64,000 nt of DNA from Terriglobia bacterium (GTDB lineage Bacteria; Acidobacteriota; Terriglobia; 2-12-FULL-54-10): contig CAXVYR010000003.1 in assembly GCA_963666975.2 (NCBI GenBank), forward strand, positions 224,001 through 288,000, in the 5' to 3' direction. Positions within the stretch are counted from its first letter, which is position 1. Every line of letters begins with the position of its first letter. Under the pieces are notes generated by a model. That model saw only the letters and a list, made by a program, of their open reading frames with translations. It ran no database searches and was not told the origin of the DNA. Both the position numbers and the translations under genes were made by a program. Below are positions 16,550-27,956 of the stretch, in pieces.

Positions 16550-17533
16550 ATGTGCCGGGAAAATATGAGGCAGGAAAAAATATTCCTTCAGCTTTGCAAG
16601 ATCACGCTGCTCGTGCTGGCCGTGGGGATCAGCCCAGCCTGCGAGGAAACTCCCGCCTCTGCCGGGGCGCCCGCAGGGAAACTGCCCGGTGTTCGGTCAG
16701 AGATGCTGGTGACGACCGAGTGGCTGGAAAGCCATCTGGATAGCCCCAGCGTGGTTGTGGTGCATGTGGAAAGGACGCGCGAAGGTTACGAGACCGGCCA
16801 TATTCCCGGCGCGCGCTTTCTCAGCCGGAGCGATGTCGGCAAAACCCGCGATGGGCTGCTGAACGAGTTGCCGCCGGTGGAGGAGTTGACGGCGCTGGTT
16901 CGCCGTCTGGGGATCGACGAGGACGACCGCGTAATTCTTTATGACGAGGGAGCAGGACTGGAGGAGGCGCGCGCCTATTGGGCCTTCGATTATGCGGGTC
17001 TCGGCGATCGCACCGCCCTTCTGGATGGGCACCAGAAAAAGTGGCAGTCCGAGGGGCGTCCTGTGTCTGCCGCCGTGCCGGAAGTCACGCCGTCTTCTTT
17101 TGTGCCGCAGGTTCGCCCCGAGGCGCTGGTTTTTTTTCAGGGCATGCGCGAGCTGGCGTCGGCGGCGAACCGATCCGCGTCGCGGGTCGCTATTGTGGAT
17201 TCCAGACCCGAGGTCAACTACACAGGAGAAGAAGGCAGCCCGGCGGTCCCCCGCCCGGGGCATATTCCGGGGGCTGCCAACGTGTACTGGCAGCGGAACG
17301 TGGTCAGCGCCGACAACCCGGTTCTGCGTCCCGAAGCAGAGCTCCGGGCGATGTATAAAGAAGCAGGCATGGACCCGGAGGGTCTGATGGTGTCCTATTG
17401 CCGCACGGGCATGCAGTCTTCCCACACCTATTTCACGGCGAAGTATCTCGGCTACGATGTGCGCATGTACGATGGCTCTTTCATGGAATGGAGCGCCGCG
17501 GAGGATACGCCGGTGGCAACGGGGCTTCGCTAA
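16550..17533 (+). CDS. Exported tandem-domain rhodanese/sulfurtransferase
   Basis: GHIPGA twice, active-site loop YCRTGMQS and C-terminal YDGSFMEW. Possible lipoprotein signal. Confidence 0.9.
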   Translation: MCRENMRQEKIFLQLCKITLLVLAVGISPACEETPASAGAPAGKLPGVRSEMLVTTEWLESHLDSPSVVVVHVERTREGYETGHIPGARFLSRSDVGKTRDGLLNELPPVEELTALVRRLGIDEDDRVILYDEGAGLEEARAYWAFDYAGLGDRTALLDGHQKKWQSEGRPVSAAVPEVTPSSFVPQVRPEALVFFQGMRELASAANRSASRVAIVDSRPEVNYTGEEGSPAVPRPGHIPGAANVYWQRNVVSADNPVLRPEAELRAMYKEAGMDPEGLMVSYCRTGMQSSHTYFTAKYLGYDVRMYDGSFMEWSAAEDTPVATGLR

Positions 17534-17701
17534 ATGGATAGATTAGATGAATAGATTAGTTGAATAAACTGTTTGGCCGGGTGGACGGCAGAGCCTCTGA
17601 GGGGACGCGAGGTCAGGCCTCGCCGGCGCGAGACGTGGCAGCGTTGTGATTCCCGTCTCGCCCCTATAATTTTTTCGCAATTTTTCCGCGCCCTGGTCAA
17701 G

Positions 17702-18340
17702 GTGGCTGTCAGTTATTACATTACGGCACGAAAGCAACTGGACCCGTTGTCCGGCAAGAATGGTTCAGAAGACGCGCTGGAGGACGCGCTCAAGGAAACC
17801 GTGCGCTCCGCTTTTTGCGCCCCAGTGGATTACGTGCAATTGCGGGAGAATGACATGGCCTCGCGCCGGCTGGCTTTTTTGGTGGAGGATTTACGGGCCC
17901 GCCGCGAGAAGCAAGGGACACGGTTGCTGGTGAACGAGCGCCTGGACGTGGCGGCCTCGTGCGGGGCCGATGGCGTTCATCTGTCCTCCGACTTACTGCC
18001 GCTTTCTGCTCTGCGGGCGTTTGACGGCGATGATCTGATATGGGGGGTCTCTTGCCACGGCGGAGAGGAAGCGGAAAAGGCAGCCCAGGCCGGCGCTTGC
18101 TATGTGTTGCTGGGGCCGGTTTTTGAAACACCCTCGAAACCGGGCGCTACTCCGCTGGGCCTAGCGGCTTTGGCGGACATTTGCCGGCGCTTCCCGGTTC
18201 CGGTCTTTGCTCTGGGCGGCGTCGGCCGGGAGAATGCCAAAGACTGTATTCAAGCGGGTGCGGCTGGGGTTGCCGGAATTCGGATGTTTCAGCAGGCGCA
18301 GAATCTGGAGGATTTGTGCGGCTATTTGCGCTCCCTCTGA
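17702..18340 (+). CDS. Thiamine phosphate synthase family protein (ThiE/TenI)
   Basis: VQLRE, LVNERLDVA, ADGVHL, GVSCH, GPVFETPSK, ALGGV and GVAGI. Confidence 0.85.
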   Translation: MAVSYYITARKQLDPLSGKNGSEDALEDALKETVRSAFCAPVDYVQLRENDMASRRLAFLVEDLRARREKQGTRLLVNERLDVAASCGADGVHLSSDLLPLSALRAFDGDDLIWGVSCHGGEEAEKAAQAGACYVLLGPVFETPSKPGATPLGLAALADICRRFPVPVFALGGVGRENAKDCIQAGAAGVAGIRMFQQAQNLEDLCGYLRSL

Positions 18341-18400
18341 ATTTGCGCCTGGAACCATCGGGTGATCTGCCCGAGATGACTTTGTTCGATTGGAGATTTC

Positions 18401-19462
18401 ATGGACGGAGATTTCATGGACAAGGCTAAATGCATTATGGCGGCGATTTTGCTGGTGACGGCCGGTGCTCTGGGCTGTCAACAGTCGACCCCCAACCCGC
18501 AGGTAGCCGCACGGGTCAACGGCAAGGACATCCTGCGAGTCGAGGTGGAGAAGTACTACAACTTTCGCGCCCAAAACGCCGCAGAGAAGCCCGGCGGCGA
18601 GCTGGCGAAGATGCTGCGAATGGAGATTATTCGCGAGCTGATCGAAAGTGAAATCATGGTGCAGCGCGCCGAACAGTTGAAGCTGCTGGCGACTGAGTCA
18701 GAGGTGGAGGAGAGCCTTGCGTCATTGAAGGCTCGCATCACTCCGGAGGAATTTCAAGCGGACCTGGAGCAGCGCGGATTCAGCGAGCAGGACCTCCGCA
18801 AGGAGATCAGCCGGAACCTGAGCATCCAAAAGCTGGTGGAGAATCAGGTCAACTCCAAAATTGAAATCACCGAAGTGGAAGTGAGCAGCTTCTACGAAAC
18901 GAACAAGGATACCTTCAATATCCAAGAAACCCAGTACCGCATCGGCCAGATTGCCGTCAGCCCCGATCCCGACGCGCCTTTCGCCAATTTGAATAATGAC
19001 AAGGCAAGAAACGAAGATCAGGCCAGCAAAAAAATCCAACTGCTGGCAAGCAAATTGGAGGGCGGAGAGGATTTTCTGCAGGTGGCCCGGGAATACTCCG
19101 AGGACCTGCAAACGGCCCGGCTGGGAGGCGACCTCGGTTACCATCCCGCCTCGACACTCGACCGGCTCGGGCCGCAATTGAAGCAGTCTCTCCTGCGGCT
19201 GCAGGTGGGCGGGGTCACCTCTGTAATTCGGGCGCCGGACGGGTACATCATCCTGAAGCTGCTCGGAAAACAGGAGCCCGGCCAGCGCGAGTTGGAGGAC
19301 CCGGAGGTGCAGTTGAGCATCCGCCAGGAGCTTGGGAATCGCAAGCGGCAACTGCTGAACGCCGTCTTTACCGAGCAGCTCCGCAACGAGTCCCGCGTGG
19401 AAAACTTTCTCGCCCAGGAGATTTGGGCCGAGCACCAGGCAACCCCAGAAGAAACTCCCTAG
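18401..19462 (+). CDS. SurA/PrsA-like parvulin peptidyl-prolyl isomerase lipoprotein
   Basis: Lipobox ALGC, VAARVNG, and 'FLQVAREYSED..GGDLGY'. An alternative start at 18416 comes from a 15-bp duplication. Confidence 0.85.
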   Translation: MDGDFMDKAKCIMAAILLVTAGALGCQQSTPNPQVAARVNGKDILRVEVEKYYNFRAQNAAEKPGGELAKMLRMEIIRELIESEIMVQRAEQLKLLATESEVEESLASLKARITPEEFQADLEQRGFSEQDLRKEISRNLSIQKLVENQVNSKIEITEVEVSSFYETNKDTFNIQETQYRIGQIAVSPDPDAPFANLNNDKARNEDQASKKIQLLASKLEGGEDFLQVAREYSEDLQTARLGGDLGYHPASTLDRLGPQLKQSLLRLQVGGVTSVIRAPDGYIILKLLGKQEPGQRELEDPEVQLSIRQELGNRKRQLLNAVFTEQLRNESRVENFLAQEIWAEHQATPEETP

Positions 19463-19486
19463 CCGGCAACCTCCGAAGCCCCTTGC

Positions 19487-20185
19487 ATGGGAAAGCCACC
19501 CAGCCCAACGCCCGCAGCCTCGCCCAAAGCGCCTCGCTGGGTGAGCTTTGACTGTTACGGCACGTTGATCGACTGGGAGAGCGGCATTCGCCGCGCCTTC
19601 CGCGAACTGGTGCGCGTCCGCGAAGAGGAAGAAGAGGAGATATTCCTGGCCTGGGAGAAAATCCAATGGGAGAAAATTCAGGAGCCCTACGCGCCCTATG
19701 CGGAGATACTCCGGTCGAGTTTCCGCCAGGCCGCCGAAGAGTTCGGCTACCGTTGTGCCAGCTATGCCGGGGAAGCCTTTGTCGATTCTCTCGCCCGGTG
19801 GGAGCCCTTTCCGGATGTCCCTTCCGTGCTGAACAGGCTGTCGCACCGGCACAAGCTGGCCATTATTTCCAACGTCGATCGCGATCTTCTCGGGCAAACC
19901 CTGCGGCACTTTCCGGTGCGCTTTGACGCGCTGATTACCGCCGAGGACGCCCGTGCCTACAAGCCGAATCCGGAGATTTTCAACCGCGCTCTGGTGCTGC
20001 TCAGGTGTCCTCCCGAACAGGTCGTGCACGTTGCTTTCGGCGCCGGCTACGACTTGCAGCCGGCCCATTCGGCCGGGCTGCGGGTTGTCCACTTGAACCG
20101 CAAACAATTTCCCGTTCCGGATATTTCAGATGTCCCATTGGAAGCAACGATTAAAAGTCTGGAAGAGCTGCTCCATTTGTGGTAG
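19487..20185 (+). CDS. HAD-superfamily hydrolase (type II haloacid dehalogenase-like)
   Basis: FDCYGTLIDWE, ISNVD, YKP and HVA..YD. Confidence 0.85.
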   Translation: MGKPPSPTPAASPKAPRWVSFDCYGTLIDWESGIRRAFRELVRVREEEEEEIFLAWEKIQWEKIQEPYAPYAEILRSSFRQAAEEFGYRCASYAGEAFVDSLARWEPFPDVPSVLNRLSHRHKLAIISNVDRDLLGQTLRHFPVRFDALITAEDARAYKPNPEIFNRALVLLRCPPEQVVHVAFGAGYDLQPAHSAGLRVVHLNRKQFPVPDISDVPLEATIKSLEELLHLW

Positions 20186-20197
20186 TTTCATCGGCTT

Positions 20198-20902
20198 GTG
20201 CCCATTGCCACTGCTCCGCAAAGGGAAAGGAACTGTGAAAGGAACTGCGAATTGAAAGCTTATACCTCCTTAAAGGAAAAATACACCCGCCAGGCATCGA
20301 GTTACGACCGCCGCTGGAACCTCCATTATGGCCGCGCGACGCTTCGGGCCACCGTGGAAGCGGTCCCCTGGAACAGGTTGCAGCGTGTGCTCGATGTGGG
20401 CTGCGGCACGGGAGGATTGCTGGAGGAGGCGGGGCAGAGGAAGCTCCATCCGCAGATTCGCGTGGTCGGCGTCGATCTCTCGCTGGCCATGTTGCAGCTG
20501 GCGCAAAAAAAGGTGAACGGCACCTATCAAGCGAGCTGGAGCAACGCGGTGGCGGAACACTTGCCTTTTCCCAGCGAATGTTTTGACGCTGTCGTCTGTG
20601 CCAACAGCTTTCACTATTACCGCGGGCCCCTGCAAGTGTTGCGGGAATTTCGGAGGGTATTGCGGCCCGGCGGCTGTTTGGTGCTGACCGATTGGTGCGA
20701 CGATTATTTGGCCTGCAAGGTTTCCCGCTGGTCCATCGGGTTGCGGGACAAAGCCCGCCTTCGGGTGTACGGTCTCCACCAGTGCTACAGCATGAAGCAG
20801 TGCGAGCAGATGCTCACCCAGACGGGTTTTCAGATTGAATCGGCACGGCGGTTCAAGGTGGATTGGCTCTGGGGCGTGATGACCTACAGGGCCCGCTCCT
20901 GA
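20198..20902 (+). CDS. Class I SAM-dependent methyltransferase
   Basis: VLDVGCGTG, GVDLS, LPF..FDAV and RVLRPGG. Confidence 0.9.
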   Translation: MPIATAPQRERNCERNCELKAYTSLKEKYTRQASSYDRRWNLHYGRATLRATVEAVPWNRLQRVLDVGCGTGGLLEEAGQRKLHPQIRVVGVDLSLAMLQLAQKKVNGTYQASWSNAVAEHLPFPSECFDAVVCANSFHYYRGPLQVLREFRRVLRPGGCLVLTDWCDDYLACKVSRWSIGLRDKARLRVYGLHQCYSMKQCEQMLTQTGFQIESARRFKVDWLWGVMTYRARS

Positions 20903-20958
20903 GCGAGTTGCCGGCGGCGGACCCCATCGTCATTTCATATTCCATCACTGGCCCATTT

Positions 20959-21483
20959 TCATTCCATTACCAGCAGAGTTTCTCCTGCGTTTACGGCCTG
21001 CCCCTCCCGAACCGAAACTTTCTGCACCTTGCCGGATGTGGAACCTTTGATCTCGTTCTGCATCTTCATGGCTTCTATCACAATCAGTCCCTGACCGCTC
21101 TGGACCTGCTGGCCTTCTGAGACCAGGATTCGAACCACTTTTCCAGGCATCGGCGCGGTAACATTTTGCTTTCCTGCAAGCGTCATCCCCGGGCCGCCAC
21201 GGGACCGCCGGCGCGAGTCCCGAATGGAGACCGCGTAGTGAATTCCGTCAACCTGCACGCTGTAATCGCCCGTGCCGGAGCCGGGAGAGCCGGACCAGGC
21301 GGCTGCGCGGGGCGACACTTGTACATGGAAGCTTTTACCGCCCAGCAGAAGCGAGTAAACGCCCGGACGGACCTCAGCCGCCTCGGCCTCGAACCGATCC
21401 CCATCGAGCAGGCAGGAGAGGCCGTTCTGGCGGGTTAGCTCCAGCGTGTGATCCCGTCCGTCGAGGGTGATGGAAAATTTCAT
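20959..21483 (-). CDS. Biotin carboxyl carrier protein
   Basis: APMPGKV and the EAMKM biotinylation motif. Confidence 0.9.
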   Translation of the reverse strand: MKFSITLDGRDHTLELTRQNGLSCLLDGDRFEAEAAEVRPGVYSLLLGGKSFHVQVSPRAAAWSGSPGSGTGDYSVQVDGIHYAVSIRDSRRRSRGGPGMTLAGKQNVTAPMPGKVVRILVSEGQQVQSGQGLIVIEAMKMQNEIKGSTSGKVQKVSVREGQAVNAGETLLVME

Positions 21484-21524
21484 AGCAAAAGAACGGTGCA
21501 AAACAGCGGTGACAGGAGCATGTT

Positions 21525-23108
21525 TTAACGCCGGTGAGCGGGAAGGGGAGGCCGCAGAAGCGAGCGGCGGCCTTCGAGCTTCCAGCGGTTGTGAGAGGGC
21601 CGGGAATTCCCGCTGTCCGGGTGTGCATTCCTGGCTTGTGCCTCTTCATACAAAGCTGCCGCCAAAGCTGCCGCCCGACGCCGATCCGCGTCCTCCGGGC
21701 TCTCGTGCAACAGAGTGCCCGCGTCGTTGCCGATTTTTTTGTGCTCCAGCCTTTTATGCTCCAGTAGCCGGTCAAGCAATCCTGTGTCGAGCTTTCCCTC
21801 CAGAAAATCCGGGAAGCGGAGGATGCTCTGAAACAATCCGAGATTGGTCTGGATGCCTTCCACATAGTATTCCCCGAGCGCCCTCCGCATCCGGTCGATC
21901 GCTTCCCGGCGCGTGGCGCCCCAGGTGACCAATTTGGAGATGAGAGGATCGTATTCCACCGGGACCGTCCATCCCGCGTACACTCCGCTGTCGTCCCGAA
22001 CGCCCGGACCGGCGGGGACCTCCAGGGCCCGGATCAGGCCGGGCGAGGGGAAGAAGGAGTTCTCGGGGTCCTCCGCGTAAATGCGGCACTCCAGCGCCGC
22101 CCCCCGCAGCAAGACATCTTTCTGTCCAAACGAGAGCTTCTCGCCTGCCGCCACCCGGATCTGCTGCTTCACCAGATCGAGCCCCGTGACCATCTCCGTG
22201 ACCGGGTGCTCCACCTGCAAGCGCGTGTTCATCTCCAGAAAGTAAAAAGTCTTGCTCGCGTCGACCAGGAATTCCACGGTGCCTGCATTGTAATATCCGG
22301 CGGCGCGAGCCGCCCGCACGGCGGTCTCTCCCATACGCTGCCGCATGGCGGAATCCACGAGCGGCGAAGGGGATTCCTCCACGATCTTCTGATACCGCCG
22401 CTGGATGCTGCATTCGCGCTCCCCCAGATAAACCATGTTCCCGTGGCGGTCGCCGAGCACCTGAATCTCAATGTGGCGGGGAGTCTCCAGATACTTTTCT
22501 ATGTAGACCTCGGAATCGCTGAAGGCGTTTTCCGCCTCCGACCGCGCGTCGCGGTAGGCTGAAGGCAACTCCCCGGATGAGGCAACCAGACGCATGCCTT
22601 TGCCGCCGCCGCCTGCCGCCGCTTTGACCAGGACTGGATAACCAATGGAATCCGCGAGGCGATGCGCTTCCTGGATATCCGCTATCCCGGAGTCGGTCCC
22701 CGGAACCACGGGGACGCCCGCCGCCTGCATGGCCTGCCGCGCGCGGGTCTTGGAACCCATCAACTCCATGGCGGCCGAGCTGGGACCGATCAGAGTGATC
22801 CCGGCTTGTTCGCAGGCTGTCGCCAATGCCGGGTTCTCCGCCAGAAAACCGTAGCCGGGATGGATGGCCTCGGCCCCTGACCGGCGCGCGACATCCAGGA
22901 TTTTATCCACCCGGAGATAGCTCTCGACCGCCGGCGCCGGACCGATGGGATAAGCTTCGTCGGCGCGCAGGACATGCAGGGCTGTGCGGTCCACATCGGA
23001 AAAGACGGCGACGGTGCGTATGCCCATCTCCTGACAGGCGCGGATGACCCGCACCGCAATCTCGCCCCGGTTAGCGATTAAAATCTTGTGGAACATCTTC
23101 TGGGACAT
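21525..23108 (-). CDS. accC: Biotin carboxylase subunit
   Basis: ANRGEIA, HPGYGFLAEN, GGGGKGMR and EMNTRLQVEHPVTE. Confidence 0.95.
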   Translation of the reverse strand: MSQKMFHKILIANRGEIAVRVIRACQEMGIRTVAVFSDVDRTALHVLRADEAYPIGPAPAVESYLRVDKILDVARRSGAEAIHPGYGFLAENPALATACEQAGITLIGPSSAAMELMGSKTRARQAMQAAGVPVVPGTDSGIADIQEAHRLADSIGYPVLVKAAAGGGGKGMRLVASSGELPSAYRDARSEAENAFSDSEVYIEKYLETPRHIEIQVLGDRHGNMVYLGERECSIQRRYQKIVEESPSPLVDSAMRQRMGETAVRAARAAGYYNAGTVEFLVDASKTFYFLEMNTRLQVEHPVTEMVTGLDLVKQQIRVAAGEKLSFGQKDVLLRGAALECRIYAEDPENSFFPSPGLIRALEVPAGPGVRDDSGVYAGWTVPVEYDPLISKLVTWGATRREAIDRMRRALGEYYVEGIQTNLGLFQSILRFPDFLEGKLDTGLLDRLLEHKRLEHKKIGNDAGTLLHESPEDADRRRAAALAAALYEEAQARNAHPDSGNSRPSHNRWKLEGRRSLLRPPLPAHRR

Positions 23109-23125
23109 GAGTTAGCGGGATACCC

Positions 23126-24682
23126 TCACAGCGGGATGTTGCCGTGCTTTTTGGGCGGCATGGTGTCGCGTTTGTTGGCGAGCATGCGCAGCGCCCGAAT
23201 CAGCTTGCGGCGCGTCTGGCGCGGCTGAATCACCTCATCCACATACCCTTTTTCGGCGGCGATATAGGGGTTTGCGAAGAGGCGCTTGAACTCCTCCACC
23301 TTGGCGGTGCGCACCTTCTCTCCGTTTTTCGCGCCGGCCAGCTCGCGGCGGTAGATGATGTTGACCGCGCCTTCCGGCCCCATCACGGCGATTTCGGCGG
23401 TGGGAAAAGCGTAGTTCACGTCGGTGCGGATATGCTTGGAGGACATGACGCAGTAGGCCCCGCCGTAAGCCTTGCGCGTGATGACGGTCAGCTTGGGCAC
23501 GGTGGCCTCGGCGAAGGCGTACAGGAGTTTTGCGCCGTGCTTGATGATCCCGCCGTACTCCTGCTGCGTGCCGGGAAGGAAGCCGGGAACGTCCTCGAAA
23601 GTAATCAGCGGCAGGTTGAAACAGTCGCAGAAGCGGACAAAGCGCGCGCCCTTCAGCGAGGCGTTGATGTCGAGCGTCCCGGCCAGCACCGCCGGCTGAT
23701 TGGCCACGATCCCGACCGGCTGGCCGCCCAGGCGCGCGAAGCCTACGACCAGGTTCTGGGCGAAGAGTTCCTGCACTTCAAAAAAATAACCGTCATCGAC
23801 AACATGGTGGATCAGGTCCCGCATCTCGTAAGGCAGGTCCGGTTCGGCGGGCACGATGGTGTCAAGCTTTTCCTCCTCGCGGTCGATTGGGTCCGCCGAA
23901 GCCTTTACCGGCGGGTCTTCCATGCAGTTGGAGGGCAGAAACGAGAGCATCTCCCGGATGAGCGACAGGCAGTCGGGATCGTCGCGGGCGATAAAGTGCG
24001 CGACGCCGCTGATGGTGTTGTGTGTTACGGAGCCGCCGAGCTCTTGCATGCTCACCTCTTCGTGCGTTACGGTGCGGAGCACGTCCGGCCCGGTGACGAA
24101 CATGTAGCTGGTGTCCTGGACCATTACGATGAAATCTGTAATGGCGGGGGAGTAGACCGCTCCTCCGGCGCAAGGTCCCATGACGGCGGAGATCTGCGGA
24201 ACCACTCCGCTGGCCATGGTGTTGCGGAGAAAGATGTCGGCATAACCGGCGAGCGATACCACTCCCTCCTGGATGCGCGCCCCGCCGGAGTCATTTATGC
24301 CGATCACCGGCGCGCCCACTTGCATGGCCCGGTCCATTACCTTGCAGATTTTGGCGGCGTTGCTCTCCGCCAGCGATCCGCCGAAAACGGTGAAGTCCTG
24401 GGCGAAGACGAAGACCGTGCGCCCCTCGACCCGGCCATAGCCGCTGACCACGCCGTCGCCGGGCACCTGCTGCGAAGCCATGTCGAAATCGGTGCAGCGG
24501 TGGGTGACGAGCTTGTCAAACTCCTCGAAGGTTCCCTCGTCCAGCAGCAACTCCACGCGCTCGCGCGCCGAGAGCTTGCCCTCCTTGTGCTGCCGCTCGG
24601 TGCGCTTTGCTCCGCCGCCTGCTTCGGCGGCTTGGTTGCGCCGGCGGAGTTCCGCCAGCTTTTCCTGAATCGTCTGTGCCAT
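23126..24682 (-). CDS. pccB: Acyl-CoA (propionyl/methylmalonyl-CoA type) carboxyltransferase
   Basis: [35 protein letters not shown] and KKHGNIPL. Confidence 0.9.
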   Translation of the reverse strand: MAQTIQEKLAELRRRNQAAEAGGGAKRTERQHKEGKLSARERVELLLDEGTFEEFDKLVTHRCTDFDMASQQVPGDGVVSGYGRVEGRTVFVFAQDFTVFGGSLAESNAAKICKVMDRAMQVGAPVIGINDSGGARIQEGVVSLAGYADIFLRNTMASGVVPQISAVMGPCAGGAVYSPAITDFIVMVQDTSYMFVTGPDVLRTVTHEEVSMQELGGSVTHNTISGVAHFIARDDPDCLSLIREMLSFLPSNCMEDPPVKASADPIDREEEKLDTIVPAEPDLPYEMRDLIHHVVDDGYFFEVQELFAQNLVVGFARLGGQPVGIVANQPAVLAGTLDINASLKGARFVRFCDCFNLPLITFEDVPGFLPGTQQEYGGIIKHGAKLLYAFAEATVPKLTVITRKAYGGAYCVMSSKHIRTDVNYAFPTAEIAVMGPEGAVNIIYRRELAGAKNGEKVRTAKVEEFKRLFANPYIAAEKGYVDEVIQPRQTRRKLIRALRMLANKRDTMPPKKHGNIPL

Positions 24683-24764
24683 AGGTGACAGTCCTTAGTT
24701 CTCAGCCTTAGTCCTCAGCCATCGGTCATTGGTCATCGATCCCGCGAACCCACCCGGAAGTTTC

Positions 24765-25163
24765 TCACCTGCCATTGGAGCCCAGACCGTTCCATAGCTC
24801 GCAAACGACGATGGAATTGTAAGGGTTCTGGGGAGCGTACTTCACAGTTGCCGCCGCGCCGGGAGAGCATGTCGCCGGACGAACCACGTGGCGCAGACCG
24901 TAAATCTCCTGCGCGGCGGAATATTCCACTCCTGCCACGGAATACCGGTAAAACAGCAGCCGGGAGTTTCCCGGTTCGCCGATAGAGTCCGGGGCATCGA
25001 GCAGCGTGCCGTCCGTCATGCGGCCCACAGCATTTACGGCCAGGCGGCGTTCCCGCTCCAGCTCGGAGGCGGACTTGCGCCGTCTCCGCAGCAGCAGCCA
25101 GAGTCCGGCTCCTGCTGCGACGCCGGAAGTTGCCAGAAGGGCTATCATCATGGACAGGCTCAT
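24765..25163 (-). CDS. Small membrane-anchored protein (DUF3592-like)
   Basis: N-terminal TM helix, then 'YRYSVAGVEY' and 'VKYAPQNPYNSIV'. Confidence 0.65.
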   Translation of the reverse strand: MSLSMMIALLATSGVAAGAGLWLLLRRRRKSASELERERRLAVNAVGRMTDGTLLDAPDSIGEPGNSRLLFYRYSVAGVEYSAAQEIYGLRHVVRPATCSPGAAATVKYAPQNPYNSIVVCELWNGLGSNGR

Positions 25164-25258
25164 GGCTTTATGGTGTCTATCCTCTTTCCGGCGCAGTGCC
25201 CGAAGCGGCTCCCAGCTTACAATCACTTTCCCTGGTTCGCAACGGCAATCGGGAAGGT

Positions 25259-26359
25259 TTACTCTGCCGTTACTACAGCGTCTTCCGAAGCGGCGCTCTC
25301 GTTTCCGTTTCCATCAAGGGCCGTCACGCGATACAGATACCGAGCGCCCGGCGTGGGGCTTGGATCGCGGAAAAGCGGTGCCGGCAATAATCCCATGTTC
25401 AACTTGAGCAGGGCATCCCCGTCGCGCCGGTATACGTTGTATCCCGCCAAGTCTGCTTCTGAATTCGGGCTCCACGCCAGGTCGACGGCCCCTGGAACCG
25501 CGACGGCCCGGACGTTCAGCGGGCTGGCGGGCGGGAAGCGGTCCACGGCGGCCACCTCTGCCGAATGGGACGGAGGCGTCAGGGCGGTGGATTCTCCCTG
25601 CCCCACAAAAGCTCGGACCGAGTACACATAGCTATGCCCAAACTCGAAGGTGCTGTCCTGATAGGCGGCAGAGCTGGTGGCGCCGAGCATGATTACGGTT
25701 TGAGTTGCTGGCTGGCTATCTGTCTGTCTGGCTGCTTGTGGCGAGCCAGCCTCGGCGCGATAGACCTGGTAGCCGTCCGGCTGCGGGGCTGTTCCGCCGA
25801 AGGCCGATAAGGGCGGAGCTTTCCATGCCAGATGAATAGCGCTTTCGGTGAGCGTAGCTTGGAGATCGAGGGGCGCTTCAGGCAGGTCGACGATCTCCAC
25901 CTGGACCAGGTTCGAGAAGCCTGCATCCTTATCTTTGTCGTTGATGGCTTTGACGGCAAAAAACGCTGTCTGCCGCAGTTGGCCGACGGCCAGAGGAAGT
26001 TCGTACAGCACTCTTTCCCGCCCCGCGGCGATTGCATCCGTGCCCAGCGTGGCGAGCAGCCGCGCACGTTCCGGGAAATCTCCCAGGGCCGTGCCTGGCG
26101 GGAGAAAAACTCCGTAGAGTTCCAGCCGCGCCAGCCGGCGCACGCGCGTGCCCTCGGTGGTGAGGCGGGGAGGAGACCATGCGAGATGGAGGCGGGAGCC
26201 CACCTGCGTGGCGGAAAGGTCGGTGGCCCGTTCCGGAATTTCCAGCAATGGAGGAAGCGGCTCGCCGGGAACTCCGCAACCCGCGAACAGCACCGTTGCT
26301 ATCCAGAAGGCCGCCGGCAGGACCCGCCGCAGACTTCCCTTTGCTTGGTCCGGTCTCAT
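25259..26359 (-). CDS. Lipoprotein with fibronectin type III repeats
   Basis: Lipobox 'FAGC' followed by GVPGEPLPP. FN3 motifs 'DLAGYNVYR' and 'YRVTALDGNGNES'. Confidence 0.8.
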   Translation of the reverse strand: MRPDQAKGSLRRVLPAAFWIATVLFAGCGVPGEPLPPLLEIPERATDLSATQVGSRLHLAWSPPRLTTEGTRVRRLARLELYGVFLPPGTALGDFPERARLLATLGTDAIAAGRERVLYELPLAVGQLRQTAFFAVKAINDKDKDAGFSNLVQVEIVDLPEAPLDLQATLTESAIHLAWKAPPLSAFGGTAPQPDGYQVYRAEAGSPQAARQTDSQPATQTVIMLGATSSAAYQDSTFEFGHSYVYSVRAFVGQGESTALTPPSHSAEVAAVDRFPPASPLNVRAVAVPGAVDLAWSPNSEADLAGYNVYRRDGDALLKLNMGLLPAPLFRDPSPTPGARYLYRVTALDGNGNESAASEDAVVTAE

Positions 26360-26461
26360 CTGTTTTTTCCTGCGGCGACCGAGAGGGCTCTCCTGTTCGG
26401 AGGTTTCGGTCCGGGGAGGTGACAGCATGAACGCTGAAGAAAGCAAAGAAATGGGAATCTT

Positions 26462-27892
26462 TTATAGAATGTAACGGCTGAGGTCTTGATCTTTGACGAT
26501 CTCGGCGAGCTGCTTTTGCACGTACGCCGAATCTATTTTCACGTTCTTCTTTTTCAGATCGGGTCCCTCGAAGGAGATCTCGTCCAGCAGACGCTCCATG
26601 ATGGTGTGGAGCCGCCGGGCCCCGATGTTTTCTGTCTGTTCGTTCACCATGGCGGCGAATTTCGCCACCTCCAGAACCGCCTCGTCGGTGAAAAACAGCT
26701 CGATGCCTTCGGTCTCCAGCAGCGCAATGTATTGCTTGAGCAGGGCGTTTTTAGGCTCCTGCAAAATTTTAACGAAGTCGTCCACGGTCAGGGGACTCAG
26801 CTCCACGCGGATGGGAAAACGGCCCTGCAGCTCCGGGATCAGGTCCGAGGGTTTGCTGACGTGGAACGCTCCGGCGGCGATAAACAGGATGTGGTCGGTC
26901 CGGACCATCCCGTAGCGGCTGTTTACGGTTGTGCCCTCGACAATCGGCAGGATGTCGCGCTGCACTCCCTCCCGGCTGACGTCGGGTCCGTGGCCCGTTT
27001 CCCGCCCGGCGATCTTGTCGAGCTCGTCCAGGAAAATGATGCCGGACTGTTCCGCACGCTCCACGGCCGTCCGTGTCACTTGGTCCATGTCCAGCAGTTT
27101 TTGTTCCTCTTCCTGGATCAGAAAGTCGACGGCCTCGGCCACGCGCATCTTGCGCTGTTTGGTCTTGGGGCCGAAAAAGCCGGGCAGGACATCTTTGATG
27201 TTGATGTCCATCTCCTCAATGCCGGTGTTGCTGATGACTTCAAAGGCCGGAAAGCTCCGCTCGCGCACGTCGATCTCGACTGTGCGGTCGTCGAGCCTGC
27301 CTTCGCGGAGCTGCTGGCGGATTTTCTCGCGGCTGCGCGTGAAGTTCTCGCTGGGCCGCTCCGGCTGGCTGGCAGCGGGCGCGGCGTCGCCTCCGGCTGG
27401 GACTCCGACCGGGCCCCCGACTGGACCCCCAACTGGACGAGGCAGCAGCAAATCCAGCAGGCGCTCTTCCGCGTTGGCCTCGGCCTTGTCGGCCACCTCT
27501 TCGAGTTTTTCCTCCCGCACCATGTCGATGGAGATCTCCACCAGGTCGCGGATCATGGATTCGACATCTCTCCCCACGTAGCCCACTTCGGTGAATTTGG
27601 AGGCCTCCACCTTCAGAAAGGGCGAGTTGGCCAGCCGGGCCAGCCGCCGCGCGATCTCTGTTTTGCCTACGCCGGTCGCCCCGATCATGATGATGTTCTT
27701 GGGCATGATCTCTTCGGCCATCTCCGCCGGAAGCTTCTGCCGCCGGATGCGGTTGCGCAGGGCGATGGCCACGGCCCGCTTGGCGGCCTTCTGTCCCACC
27801 ACGTGCTTGTCCAACTCCACGACGATCTCGCGCGGCGTCATCTGGTCAAGCGTTGCTGCCTCTTCTATGCTGCCGGGAAGGTAGATCACCAT
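26462..27892 (-). CDS. hslU: ATP-dependent protease ATPase subunit
   Basis: [31 protein letters not shown] and [12 protein letters not shown]. Confidence 0.97.
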   Translation of the reverse strand: MVIYLPGSIEEAATLDQMTPREIVVELDKHVVGQKAAKRAVAIALRNRIRRQKLPAEMAEEIMPKNIIMIGATGVGKTEIARRLARLANSPFLKVEASKFTEVGYVGRDVESMIRDLVEISIDMVREEKLEEVADKAEANAEERLLDLLLPRPVGGPVGGPVGVPAGGDAAPAASQPERPSENFTRSREKIRQQLREGRLDDRTVEIDVRERSFPAFEVISNTGIEEMDINIKDVLPGFFGPKTKQRKMRVAEAVDFLIQEEEQKLLDMDQVTRTAVERAEQSGIIFLDELDKIAGRETGHGPDVSREGVQRDILPIVEGTTVNSRYGMVRTDHILFIAAGAFHVSKPSDLIPELQGRFPIRVELSPLTVDDFVKILQEPKNALLKQYIALLETEGIELFFTDEAVLEVAKFAAMVNEQTENIGARRLHTIMERLLDEISFEGPDLKKKNVKIDSAYVQKQLAEIVKDQDLSRYIL

Positions 27893-27956
27893 ACTTCCTC
27901 TGGAAGAAATCCGTTCATAGCGCGGCGCTCAGGGCTCTTCACTGATAACTCTTCAC

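Noticed and set aside
17534-17701. TPP riboswitch before the ThiE-like gene
   Set aside because: No CTGAGA..ACCTGA..AGCGTAGGGA core was found.
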